A DNA stretch of 64,000 nt from Patescibacteria group bacterium (GTDB lineage: Bacteria; Patescibacteriota; Patescibacteriia; Magasanikbacterales; JBBTQS01): the NCBI GenBank assembly GCA_038065555.1, contig JBBTQS010000001.1:363751-427750 (forward strand). The letters are read 5' to 3'. A program made the translations under genes and the position numbers. The stretch's first letter is position 1. Each line of letters starts with the position of its first letter. Shown here piece after piece: positions 38,836 through 47,976 of this stretch. Under the pieces are notes generated by a model. It ran no database searches. It was given only the letters and a program-made list of their open reading frames with translations, and had not been told where the DNA came from.

Positions 38836-41136
38836 TCACGCCTTCTGCGCTGGGGCAGACTGAGCGTGTGCCGTGAGTCGCGCAGCGACCTCCTCTTGGA
38901 GGAGGCGTCGCTGCGTCTCATCAGGTGCCACCGTAGCGATCTGATCGAGTGCTGCCTTGAAGATTCTCGCAACTTCACGCTGACGATGCAGACACTGTTC
39001 GAGCTCCTGAATGCGTTGCGCTCGTATCTGCTGTTCCTCGATTCGATACCGAAGCTCCGTTTCCTCCTTCTCGTAATCTGCCCGAACTTGCACGAGCTCT
39101 GCTTGGATCGACTCCTCCGAAATAACATAGTACGAGGGCGTCACCGGGGGCTCCTCGTCTTGCACGTCATCTTCCGGAACTCGTTCGCGCCTGACGCATC
39201 TGAATAGGCTCGGCGCTTCGCTGTCGATACCCTCTCGCTCTCCTGGAATGTAGTATCGATCGAGATTCAGCAACCCCTCCTCGTCCACCAGCTTGCGCAG
39301 GAAGTATTCCACGAAGTCCTCCGAACCATCCCAGCCGAGAACAGCACGAACTTCATCGATGTGCCCAGTGCTCAATGCGAAGTAGTCTCTGTCCTTTGCA
39401 TTCTCTGTCGCACGTACGAGCACCTCCTCGAGTTGATCGAGAGCCACACCCTCCTTACGTAGACGACCGATGATCACAGCAGCATGACTCGCGCCAGCGT
39501 TCTGATCTGTTTCCATTGCGAGGAACGCGTACCATCGGGACGTATCATTGAACTTCAGTCGACGCTGATTACTCTCTTCAGAGTACCTCGTCGACGTCAC
39601 ATCTGCGAGACCGTCTTTGATGAGAAGCGACGCGAATTCTGCTGCTGTGACATGGAGCATGAGCCCCGCATTGAACCACGCCGCATCTTCGATCTCCTGG
39701 ACCTTGAAACCGCTGCGCCCATAGAACTCCTTGACGACATCGGTGTAGGCCGCCCGACACGCATCGATCTGCGCCTGCGTGAGATTGTCTGCTTTGGATG
39801 TTTGAGAACCAGTTGCCATGCTGACCTCCGTTGTGCCGCCCGTCGATGCGCAGCGGCAATGCAGCGTCCTGATTTCGCCATCGCTTGGCGATCGCTCAGG
39901 ACGAACTTCGAGCAGCGACCCAGCAGGTGTCACTGCGAACTGTTCGAGGAACCGTTCCACGAACAGTTGATGCTGACGGTGTTGAGACCAGTTGAGCGCA
40001 GTGCGCAGCACACCTGCTACACTCGCCGTGACCTCGAACCACCCAGACTCATCAGTGGGAATGGTGCGCAATGCAGTTGTGAGGGCTTCACGGAGTGTGA
40101 GATCCTCCGAGACTTCCTCGACAGCACTGATACACCTCTCTTCGCCCCAGATTTTGCCCAGTCGCATTGCGATACGGTCTGCAGTGCGGTCATGAGCAAC
40201 CAACCGGAGCTCGCGCTTGTCGCTCTTCTTGTCAACAGTCGCGTGCGTGAGATCCTCGAGATGCGCATCGCGCACCAACGCATCAATCACATCCGCTGCA
40301 GTATTGGGTTTGCCGTGCCCAGTATTAGCTGCGAACCACGGCACACGCTTCACCCGTTCGAGCGTGAACGAACTTGCGCCGTAGAAAGCACTCACGAGCG
40401 CCTCGTGTGCGGCTTGCGCGGTTCCTGGTGACAACCCCTGGGAGACAGTCGGGGCACGCACCACAGATACTTCGCTCTTCCGAAATCGTCCACCGCATTC
40501 CTTGGGAAGGCGATCGAGATCGAACGCGAACTCACCTGGGATCGTGCTTCCCTTCGCTCGTGGTGGTTTGTCGATACGCAGTGCGCTATGCTTGCGCGCG
40601 AGTGCAATCGCAGCGAGCGCAAGACCCTTGTCCGAGACAACTTCAATCGCGCGAGCAAGAGTGAACTCTTTCTCTGACACTGCACCTACCAGCATCTTCA
40701 GGTTGACCACAGTGATATCCGCGTCAGCAGATTCCGTGACTGTTCTTTTATGCGCCTGAAGAGGCATCGGTACAGATTCGGTGCTGCGCCCGTGCAGCTT
40801 GTTCGCGAACCTGTATGACACGTGCTCGTCACCTGCAGAGAGTCCTCCACGAACCAGATGCAGTAATCCAGCTTCGTGGTAGTGAGCCAGTCGCTGACCC
40901 CAACTCTTTGCCGTGCCGTCTGAAAGGATTGGCGCAATTGATGCACCTGAAAAGACCAATCCACTGGACAGTTCTCGGGAGAGCCGCAGGAAATGCGGTT
41001 CATTGCTGAGATCTTCATTCACTGTAGCCTCCAGAAACGGTGATTGTTGTGGTTGCGAGTACCCACTCGCTTGCGCGATCCTACCAATCTTTGCATGACG
41101 GGTCAATGTGTCAGCGTTGATCGTCGAACCCACCAT
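38836..41136 (-). CDS. Large hypothetical protein (766 aa) with three internal repeats and a C-terminal coiled-coil; possibly phage antirepressor/BRO-N-like
   Basis: Repeated blocks: EKEFTLARAIEVVSDKGLALAAIALA, then AFYGASSFTLERVKRVPWFAANTG, then EFYGRSGFKVQEIEDAAWFNAGLM. The C-terminal approximately 100 aa are heptad-rich (ELVQVRADYEKEETELRYRIEEQQIRAQRIQELEQCLHRQ). GC looks higher than the core genes. Confidence 0.6.
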   Translation of the reverse strand: MVGSTINADTLTRHAKIGRIAQASGYSQPQQSPFLEATVNEDLSNEPHFLRLSRELSSGLVFSGASIAPILSDGTAKSWGQRLAHYHEAGLLHLVRGGLSAGDEHVSYRFANKLHGRSTESVPMPLQAHKRTVTESADADITVVNLKMLVGAVSEKEFTLARAIEVVSDKGLALAAIALARKHSALRIDKPPRAKGSTIPGEFAFDLDRLPKECGGRFRKSEVSVVRAPTVSQGLSPGTAQAAHEALVSAFYGASSFTLERVKRVPWFAANTGHGKPNTAADVIDALVRDAHLEDLTHATVDKKSDKRELRLVAHDRTADRIAMRLGKIWGEERCISAVEEVSEDLTLREALTTALRTIPTDESGWFEVTASVAGVLRTALNWSQHRQHQLFVERFLEQFAVTPAGSLLEVRPERSPSDGEIRTLHCRCASTGGTTEVSMATGSQTSKADNLTQAQIDACRAAYTDVVKEFYGRSGFKVQEIEDAAWFNAGLMLHVTAAEFASLLIKDGLADVTSTRYSEESNQRRLKFNDTSRWYAFLAMETDQNAGASHAAVIIGRLRKEGVALDQLEEVLVRATENAKDRDYFALSTGHIDEVRAVLGWDGSEDFVEYFLRKLVDEEGLLNLDRYYIPGEREGIDSEAPSLFRCVRRERVPEDDVQDEEPPVTPSYYVISEESIQAELVQVRADYEKEETELRYRIEEQQIRAQRIQELEQCLHRQREVARIFKAALDQIATVAPDETQRRLLQEEVAARLTAHAQSAPAQKA

Positions 41137-41771
41137 CCGAACAACGTCACACCAACTCCCGCTGCCAGTAATCCGCCCACAGACGTCGCAACTAATGCAG
41201 CAGGACTACGCAACACCACTAACGCCGACCCTCCAAAGCAAAAGAACGCGGTCGGCAACACACCTACTGCGTTTTGGATAACAAAAAATTTCAAAAATCC
41301 GATCGGAGTGAGTCCTGCGGCGTAAGCTACGACCTCAGGCAATGACGCGAGACACACTCGTGCTACAACAAACCCTTTCGTTGTTGTAAGCACCGCTCGC
41401 ACCTTCGCAACCACACCCATTTCATTCTTCACCATGCGCTCAACAGAGGCTCGGCCAAGTCTGCGACTGATCAGAAATGCAATAGCGCTCCCCAGCGCAT
41501 CGCCAAGAAGCAACAATACGAATCCAACATTGAATCCAAATAGCGCACCAGCAAGTGGATAGAGTGGCCCACCTGAGATTGGCGCGAATACAAGAGTACT
41601 CGCCTTCGCAAGCACAAATACTGCAGGCGCCCAGATGCCAGCACGAATGATCCACGCCTGTAACGTTGCATACTCTACGAACCACACAACACCAAAAATC
41701 ACCAACAGCATGAGCACTACGCCCACGCTATTTTTGAACCCATCTTTGTACGCTTGTAGTCCGACACGCAT
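41103..41771 (-). CDS. DedA/TVP38 (VTT-domain) family membrane protein
   Basis: The ORF-track N-terminus (ADVAQLVERIHGKDEVTSSILV) is simply the translation of the tRNA-Thr gene, so I trimmed to the ATG at 41771. The remainder is polytopic with DedA-like G-rich helices (FAPISGGPLYPLAGALFGF). Confidence 0.6.
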   Translation of the reverse strand: MRVGLQAYKDGFKNSVGVVLMLLVIFGVVWFVEYATLQAWIIRAGIWAPAVFVLAKASTLVFAPISGGPLYPLAGALFGFNVGFVLLLLGDALGSAIAFLISRRLGRASVERMVKNEMGVVAKVRAVLTTTKGFVVARVCLASLPEVVAYAAGLTPIGFLKFFVIQNAVGVLPTAFFCFGGSALVVLRSPAALVATSVGGLLAAGVGVTLFGWWVRRSTLTH

Positions 41772-41804
41772 ATATTCGATGATACCAGTTGTGTCGTAAA
41801 CAAA

Positions 41805-41831
41805 GAACAGTTCCGCAATGCGGAACTGTTC
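41805..41831 (-). terminator. Terminator of tRNA-Thr(GGU)
   Basis: GAACAGTTCCGC-AAT-GCGGAACTGTTC is a perfect 12-bp stem followed by TTTGTTT on the minus strand. Confidence 0.6.
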
Positions 41832-41839
41832 TTTTGAGC

Positions 41840-41915
41840 TGGAGCCGACGACCAGGATTGAACTGGTGACCTCATCCTTACCATGGATGCGCTCTACCAA
41901 CTGAGCTACGTCGGC
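41840..41915 (-). tRNA. tRNA-Thr (anticodon GGU), CCA encoded
   Basis: The reverse complement reads GCCGACGTAGCTCAGTTGGTAGAGCGCATCCATGGTAAGGATGAGGTCACCAGTTCAATCCTGGTCGTCGGCTCCA. Anticodon loop ATGGTAA. Confidence 0.85.
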
Positions 41916-41975
41916 GTGGTGGGACTTTTCTAATGCGCCTACACCATACCAGAGAGTTTCTCCGAACACAAGTCC

Positions 41976-42884
41976 CTAGCGCATCCCCTGAACCGTGTTC
42001 TTGAGACCAGGTAATTTCTGGTTCTCTGGGTTCACTTCTTGGAGCTCTGCGAGCTTCTCACGAGCGAGCGCACGATCATTGTGCGAGATAGCGAAATGAA
42101 TAATTTCGTCGAGGATTGCTGGGTTCTTTGGTTCCAACGCATACGCCGACAACAGCGCCTTCTTCGCCTGCTCTTCACGGTCACTCATCTCTTCGTACAC
42201 AGCTGCAAGATCCAACCAACGCTTGGTGACGTCCTTCTTGATTTTGATGGCACGCTCGTACCATGTTGCGGCCTCTTCCCAACGCTTCTCCGCCTTTGCT
42301 ACACGTCCGAGATACGCTGGAGCAATGTCATCGTTCTTGTCGAGCTTCATCAAGAACTTGAACGTCTCCTTCGCATCCACATAGCGCTCCTGCTCGAAGT
42401 ACACTTTGCCAAGTCCTCGATATGCGCGAACACTCTTGGGCTCGAAGTTGATTGCTGCAATGTATTTTTCTTCGGCATGGATGAGATCATCATCATGGCG
42501 CAGCTCATCACCCTCTTCGATGAGGTGATTGAGCTGTCGTGCACGCTCACGAGGCGAGAGCGACTGCGCACGCTCCTGCATGGTTCGACCATACTCGGCG
42601 CGATACTTGTCTGCAACTCTGTCCACGTGTGTGCGGAACTTGCTCTGCACCTGACCAAAATATTTTTCAAATGTATTTGTAACGATGCCGATACCACTTT
42701 GCAGCGGCTTGAAGGCGAGATCGAACTTCTTCTCGAGAATTTTGTCTTTTTTCTTGCGCGCTTGCTCCTCCGGGAGTCCGTCTACATCGAGCACTCGTAG
42801 CTGTGGGAATTTGCGAATAATAATCGCGATAATAATCGCAAGTCCGAGCACAATGAGCACGAGTGGAAGAAAGCTAAACAGCAT
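41976..42884 (-). CDS. TPR-repeat protein with an N-terminal membrane anchor
   Basis: N-terminal TM (LPLVLIVLGLAIIIAIII). The C-terminal half holds TPR-like Ala/Tyr/Glu-rich helices (AYRGLGKVYFEQERYVDAKETF..., AYLGRVAKAEKRWEEAATWYERAIKI). Confidence 0.65.
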   Translation of the reverse strand: MLFSFLPLVLIVLGLAIIIAIIIRKFPQLRVLDVDGLPEEQARKKKDKILEKKFDLAFKPLQSGIGIVTNTFEKYFGQVQSKFRTHVDRVADKYRAEYGRTMQERAQSLSPRERARQLNHLIEEGDELRHDDDLIHAEEKYIAAINFEPKSVRAYRGLGKVYFEQERYVDAKETFKFLMKLDKNDDIAPAYLGRVAKAEKRWEEAATWYERAIKIKKDVTKRWLDLAAVYEEMSDREEQAKKALLSAYALEPKNPAILDEIIHFAISHNDRALAREKLAELQEVNPENQKLPGLKNTVQGMR

Positions 42885-42895
42885 AGCGTCGCGAA

Positions 42896-43615
42896 TTACG
42901 ACGAGCGCAACACATCAAGAATCGGGAACAGTGTGGTCGTCTTGGTGCTCGCACCGCCAATGAGGAAACCGCTAATAAGTGGTTGGGTTGCAAATGCGCC
43001 GACAGTCTCTGCAGTTACGGAACCGCCATAGAGAATTGCCGTGCGCTCACCCATGATGCTCTTCACATATTCGCACATTTGCGTCACGTCTTCAACCGTA
43101 GCAGCTTCGCCTGTGCCAATAGCCCACACCGGTTCGTAGGCAATGAAGAATTCATCTGGATCAGCAATGTCTTCGAGACCTCGCAATTGCTCGCGCACTA
43201 CTGCAGCCGCATCTCCTGCATCTCGTTGCTGACGCGTCTCTCCGATACAAATCACCGGTATCAAACCAACTTCAAGCGCGGTCGTTGCCTGTGCGATGAA
43301 GTGTGACGCTGGCATTGGCGCTGCTGCACGCTGCTCTGAGTGTCCCACAAGCACGTACTGACATCCCAACGTATGCAAATTCTCTGGATCGAGCTGTCCG
43401 GTGTACGCACCATGACGATGGACACTGGAAGTCTGCGCCCCCATCTCGACACTCGTCCCTTCAATCACGTGCGCAACAGACGCAAGGAGCTCTGCAGACG
43501 GTAGGAGCACAATTCCCTTTGCCGAACCAGCGTACTCCACAATCTCAGCCGCCAGTGTCTGGGTCTCACCAACACCGAGATACGTCTTCCAATTGCAGAA
43601 TACTTTTTTGTGCAT
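42896..43615 (-). CDS. tpiA: Triosephosphate isomerase
   Basis: NWK, VGHSE(Q)R, AYEPVWAIGTG and YGGSV motifs. Confidence 0.93.
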   Translation of the reverse strand: MHKKVFCNWKTYLGVGETQTLAAEIVEYAGSAKGIVLLPSAELLASVAHVIEGTSVEMGAQTSSVHRHGAYTGQLDPENLHTLGCQYVLVGHSEQRAAAPMPASHFIAQATTALEVGLIPVICIGETRQQRDAGDAAAVVREQLRGLEDIADPDEFFIAYEPVWAIGTGEAATVEDVTQMCEYVKSIMGERTAILYGGSVTAETVGAFATQPLISGFLIGGASTKTTTLFPILDVLRSS

Positions 43616-43626
43616 ACGTATGGTGA

Positions 43627-44901
43627 TTATTCAGCGAGAAATGATTCAAATCGTTCTGGAGTCTCGAATGGCCCAATGACCGCGAGCTTTGCCTTAGTGA
43701 AATCGAATACCTCTGCAGCAACCTTCTGAATATCTTCGCGGGTTACCGCTTCGTACTCGGAGAGCTTCTCTTCTGGTGTGCGAACTTTGCCCACGAGTAA
43801 CTGTTGCTCTAGGAACATCTGCGCGACAGTGGAGCTGTCTTCGAGCGCGAGAATCATGCTGCCGCGGACATTACCCTTGGCATACGCAAGTTCCTTGGCA
43901 GTTACTCCTTTCTTCGCTACTTTGCGCAATTCATCTACGATCACGCGCAATGCTTCATCAATGCGCTCAGTGTGTAGACCTGCGTGAATGTAGGTGTTGC
44001 CGCAATCGCGATACGTCTCAATATCCGTGCGAACACGATACGCAAGTCCACGCTTCTCACGCACTTCTACAAAAAGTCTCGAACTCATGGATCCGCCCAT
44101 GATACTCTGCAAGAGTGCGAGTGCTGGCACGCGTGGATCACCCTTCTTGTACGCAGGGAATCCCAGAGCGATGTGCACTTGATCTGTTTGTTTGAATTTG
44201 AGATGTACGCGCTCCTTGGACGCTGCAGGTACACTCTTCTTGAATGCTGGCATCACACCCTTCTTGCGTCCTTTGCCGAAGAGGCTTGCAATTGCTGCGG
44301 ACTGCTTGTCTGTGTAGTTACCTGCAACAGCCACCACCATTTTGTCATGGTGGTAGAATCGGTCGCGATACGTCACCATATCTTTGCGCGTGAGCGCGTT
44401 GATGATCTCAGGTGTTCCGCCGATGCGATACCCGAGTGGCGATCCTTCGTGCATGATGATTTCGAATTCTTCCTGAACGGTACGCGTCGGCGTATCCTCG
44501 TACATGCGCAGCTCCTCATTGATTACACCTTTTTCACGTTCGAATTCCTTCGTATCGAAAAGACTGTGGAAGAGCATGTCTTCGAGCAAGTCTGCAGCGA
44601 GCAACAATTTGTTGGAGTCGATCTTGATGTAATAGACGGTCCACTCTTTGCTCGTGAACGCATTCCACTCAGCGCCAACGCCATCAATCTCTTCCGTAAT
44701 ATCCTTGCTCGTCGGACGACGCTTGGTTCCTTTGAACATCAAATGCTCAATGAAGTGAGAAATACCATTGATACGCTCTTCTTCGTAGCGCGATCCGACA
44801 GGAAATCCAACAATAATTGTTGCCGACGCCGTGTGATCCTGCGGCACGGTAATATACGTCGCACCATTTGCGAGTTTCTTCTTCTGGAATACGGTTTTCA
44901 T
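43627..44901 (-). CDS. M16-family zinc peptidase (insulinase/pitrilysin-like)
   Basis: Inverted zinc motif HFIEHLMFKGT...E. 424 aa, with both M16 half-domains. Confidence 0.85.
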   Translation of the reverse strand: MKTVFQKKKLANGATYITVPQDHTASATIIVGFPVGSRYEEERINGISHFIEHLMFKGTKRRPTSKDITEEIDGVGAEWNAFTSKEWTVYYIKIDSNKLLLAADLLEDMLFHSLFDTKEFEREKGVINEELRMYEDTPTRTVQEEFEIIMHEGSPLGYRIGGTPEIINALTRKDMVTYRDRFYHHDKMVVAVAGNYTDKQSAAIASLFGKGRKKGVMPAFKKSVPAASKERVHLKFKQTDQVHIALGFPAYKKGDPRVPALALLQSIMGGSMSSRLFVEVREKRGLAYRVRTDIETYRDCGNTYIHAGLHTERIDEALRVIVDELRKVAKKGVTAKELAYAKGNVRGSMILALEDSSTVAQMFLEQQLLVGKVRTPEEKLSEYEAVTREDIQKVAAEVFDFTKAKLAVIGPFETPERFESFLAE

Positions 44902-44913
44902 ACTGGTATGGGA

Positions 44914-46311
44914 TTAAACGCGCCCGCGCAAATACGCGACGAGCTCTGCAATTGCCACGCGCTCCTGTGTCATGGTATCGCGATCACGAACCGTCACTGC
45001 ATTGTCATTGAGCGTATCGAAATCCACGGTGACACAAAACGGCGTTCCGATCTCGTCCTGACGGCGATAACGCTTACCAATCGACTGTGTCTCGTCATAC
45101 GTTGTGACCCAGTGCTCGCGCAACAATGCCACAACCTCAGATGCTGGTCCTGCCAATTCATCCTTCTTCGAGAGTGGCAAAACTGCAACGGTGTATGGAG
45201 CCACACGCGCTGCGAGACGCAACACGGTGCGGCCTTCGTCATCACCTTCCTTTGGAGCTTCCTGCTCGTACGCATCGAGAAGCGTTGCAAGCATCACACG
45301 ATCTGCACCAAACGACGGTTCGATCACGTGCGGCATGAACTTGCGCTGCGGATTCGTCGGATCTGTCGCACGCAAATCTTCGCCACTCCACTCACTGTGT
45401 TGCGTAAGGTCAAAATCTGTTCGATACGCTGCAGCAGCACACAATTCTCCCCAACCCCACGGGAAGTTGTATTCTACATCTGTTGTGCCGCGCGAATAGT
45501 GCGACAACTCGTCAGCTTCGTGATCTCGGAAACGCAACTTTTCCTCTTTGATTCCAAGTGTGACTGTGAGGAACGCCCACGTATCGCGCTTCCACTGCTC
45601 GAAGAGCTCTTTCCAATCACTTGCTTCTGGATCGAAGAAATATTCAATTTCCATTTGCTCGAATTCACGCGTGCGGAACGTGAAATTTCCTGGTGTAATC
45701 TCGTTACGAAATGCCTTACCAATTTGTGCAATACCAAAAGGCATCTTCGGGCGATGCGTCTGCATTACATTCTTGAAGTTCACAAAAATTCCTTGCGCTG
45801 TTTCTGGACGCAAGTACACCACACTTCCTTCTCCTTCAATAACACCTTGGTGCGTCTTGAACATGAGGTTGAACCGCTTTGCCTCAGTCCAATCACATTT
45901 TTTGCACGATGGGCAGGCAATCTTCTCCGCCATGAGACGAGGCTGTACCTCTTCGAGCTTGATCACAGCCACTACTTCTACACCCAGTCGCTCCTCGAGC
46001 AACTTGTCGCCACGAAATCGCTGCTTGCATGCTTTGCAGTCTACGAGTGGATCAGTGAATGAGCCTACATGACCTGATGCTTCCCACACACGTGGGTTCA
46101 TCAGAATTCCAGCATCGAGTCCAACCATGTCAGCACGACGATGGACAAAGGTCTGCCACCAAAGACGCTTGATGTTGTTCTTCATCTCCACACCAAGTGG
46201 ACCGTAATCCCAGCTATTGGCAAGTCCTCCGTAAATCGCACTTCCTGGATAGACAAATCCGCGCGCCTTGGCGAGTGTTGTCACCTGCTCCATGAGCGTC
46301 TGCTGTTCCAT
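44914..46311 (-). CDS. glyQS: Glycine--tRNA ligase (homodimeric GlyQS type)
   Basis: Class II aaRS motifs and the GlyRS N-terminus (YPGSAIYGGLANSWDYGPLGVEMKNN...WEASGHV). The anticodon-binding C-terminus is present. Confidence 0.9.
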   Translation of the reverse strand: MEQQTLMEQVTTLAKARGFVYPGSAIYGGLANSWDYGPLGVEMKNNIKRLWWQTFVHRRADMVGLDAGILMNPRVWEASGHVGSFTDPLVDCKACKQRFRGDKLLEERLGVEVVAVIKLEEVQPRLMAEKIACPSCKKCDWTEAKRFNLMFKTHQGVIEGEGSVVYLRPETAQGIFVNFKNVMQTHRPKMPFGIAQIGKAFRNEITPGNFTFRTREFEQMEIEYFFDPEASDWKELFEQWKRDTWAFLTVTLGIKEEKLRFRDHEADELSHYSRGTTDVEYNFPWGWGELCAAAAYRTDFDLTQHSEWSGEDLRATDPTNPQRKFMPHVIEPSFGADRVMLATLLDAYEQEAPKEGDDEGRTVLRLAARVAPYTVAVLPLSKKDELAGPASEVVALLREHWVTTYDETQSIGKRYRRQDEIGTPFCVTVDFDTLNDNAVTVRDRDTMTQERVAIAELVAYLRGRV

Positions 46312-46324
46312 ACAATTGCGCTTA

Positions 46325-46876
46325 CTAGATCTTCATGATTTCTGCTTCCTTCTCTGCGCCCAAAATTTCAATTTTTTCGTTCGTTGATTTGGTCAGCTCG
46401 TCGAGCTTGTCCATGTCGTGGAACTTCTGGTCCTCGGTCATGGTTCCAGCCTTCTCATCAGCGTTGATAGAAGTGCGGCATTCTTCGCGATGCTGTCGCA
46501 CGCGAATCTTCGCTCCCTCCAGACGCGTCTTGAGGTTCTTCACCAACTCCTTGCGAGTCTCCTCGGTGAGTGATGGAATCGGCAACCGAACCACCACACC
46601 ATCACTGCTCGGATTGAGTCCAATGTTGGCCGCGATGATCGCCTTTTCGATCGCTGGCAATACCGTACGATCCCATGGCGCGATCTGAATCAGACGAGGA
46701 TCTGGCGTGGTGATTGTTGCCACGTTCTTGATTGGCTGACGTGCACCGTATGCCTCAATCTGAATATCCTCAACAAGCATAGGATTAGCACGTCCTGTTC
46801 GCAGACTTGCTACTTCTTGTTTGAGATGTGCAATGGTTTCGTCACACGCATTTCGCATTGCTTCCAGATGCTGCAT
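46325..46876 (-). CDS. frr: Ribosome recycling factor
   Basis: RTGRANP...IEAYG...LIQIAPWDRTVLPAIEKAI...SDGVVVRLPIPSLTEE matches RRF, 183 aa. Confidence 0.93.
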   Translation of the reverse strand: MQHLEAMRNACDETIAHLKQEVASLRTGRANPMLVEDIQIEAYGARQPIKNVATITTPDPRLIQIAPWDRTVLPAIEKAIIAANIGLNPSSDGVVVRLPIPSLTEETRKELVKNLKTRLEGAKIRVRQHREECRTSINADEKAGTMTEDQKFHDMDKLDELTKSTNEKIEILGAEKEAEIMKI

Positions 46877-46892
46877 ATATCACGTTGTTACA

Positions 46893-47975
46893 CTATTTGA
46901 CAGTAATGTTTCGCGCTCCCAAGTACACCACGTTGGAGTCTCCTTTGTCAATAAGGAGAGCGCTGACTGCTTTTGTTGTTGGGATCGCTTTTTTCTGCCA
47001 ATTCTGACCGGCGTCTGTTGAGCGATAGAACCCGGTGAGTGTTCCATAATAGATCTCATCTGGTTTTGTCGGATTAATCGCGACAGAGAAGATAAGTTCT
47101 GTTCCAGGCGCGTTGATAAGCGGCAACTCTTCCCACGTCGCACCATTATCCGTTGTACGAGAGAGACCGCGCTTGCTCGCAACGATAAGCACTTCACCAT
47201 CTGCACTAAATGCCGCCGTGCTGTGGATCTTTGCATCATTCTTCTTGAGCTTGAAGACCGGCGTGATATCAGACCATGTGTCACCAGCATCATCGCTGCG
47301 GAATAATCCACTGCGGCTGCCTGCCATGAATAGTATGTTGTGATTATTCGGGTGTACAAAGATGTCTTGTACTGTATCGTTGTTCAATCGACGCTTCACA
47401 TTCCAGGAATCTCCACCATCAACTGACTTCATGAGTGCACCGGAGCGTGTACCTGCGTAGAGTACATTCGTATCTGTTGGATCAATAGCAAGACTGCGGA
47501 AAATATCAGGTTGATTACTCTTCACTGCTTCGTTCTTAGTGTACTTCGCTTTCCATGTACGACCACAGTCTTCGGTCTTTTGGATCGCATTCTCTACCGC
47601 TGCGTACACTTCACACGACTCCTTGGGATTCACCGCAAGCGCGAGAACTGCAGCATTCTGCATTACCGCACTTGTTGGACGGATCCAAGATACGCCTGCA
47701 TTCTCAGTCACCCACAACCCCTTGTTCGTACCTGCGTACATTACTTCGTGGTTGACGGGATCCTGTACCAAAAAGCGAATGTCTGCGAACGTGTGCAGTG
47801 ATTCTTTTGTGCCTGACGTCGTGAGCACTGCGGACGCTGTGCCCCACGTCTCACCGCTGTTTGCACTACGGAATACGCCATAGTCATTACCTGTTGGTTT
47901 TTTTTCATCACCACACCCGAGTCCAACGAGTGCGAGTGTCGCGACGAGCGCGACCGTCTTCAATGATCGATGCAT
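46893..47975 (-). CDS. BNR/Asp-box repeat beta-propeller lipoprotein (Ycf48/sialidase-like)
   Basis: Seven S-x-D-x-G-x-T-W repeats (SANSGETWG, TENAGVSWI, TEDCGRTWK, SVDGGDSWN, SDDAGDTWS, TTDNGATWE, STDAGQNWQ). Lipobox-like LVGLGCG after the signal. Start approximately 47975 (MHRSLKT). Confidence 0.75.
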   Translation of the reverse strand: MHRSLKTVALVATLALVGLGCGDEKKPTGNDYGVFRSANSGETWGTASAVLTTSGTKESLHTFADIRFLVQDPVNHEVMYAGTNKGLWVTENAGVSWIRPTSAVMQNAAVLALAVNPKESCEVYAAVENAIQKTEDCGRTWKAKYTKNEAVKSNQPDIFRSLAIDPTDTNVLYAGTRSGALMKSVDGGDSWNVKRRLNNDTVQDIFVHPNNHNILFMAGSRSGLFRSDDAGDTWSDITPVFKLKKNDAKIHSTAAFSADGEVLIVASKRGLSRTTDNGATWEELPLINAPGTELIFSVAINPTKPDEIYYGTLTGFYRSTDAGQNWQKKAIPTTKAVSALLIDKGDSNVVYLGARNITVK

Positions 47976-47976
47976 A

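Noticed and set aside
36070-41136. Calling the island a defined defence system (toxin-antitoxin, Lamassu, Septu and so on)
   Set aside because: No nuclease, ATPase, SMC, HEPN, PIN or other hallmark motif could be found in any of the five proteins. The data support only paralogy, an island context and a coiled-coil protein.
41772-41969. N-terminal 66 codons of ORF 41103-41969 (ADVAQLVERIHGKDEVTSSILV...)
   Set aside because: This peptide is the in-frame translation of the tRNA-Thr(GGU) gene and its terminator. The real CDS, DedA-like, starts at the ATG at 41771.
43984-46062. 692-aa plus-strand ORF spanning the M16 peptidase and glyQS on the opposite strand
   Set aside because: It is entirely antisense to two well-supported conserved genes. 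The protein is Cys/His/Arg-rich and low-complexity, as expected for an antisense frame in GC-biased coding DNA. It is a stop-free shadow ORF.
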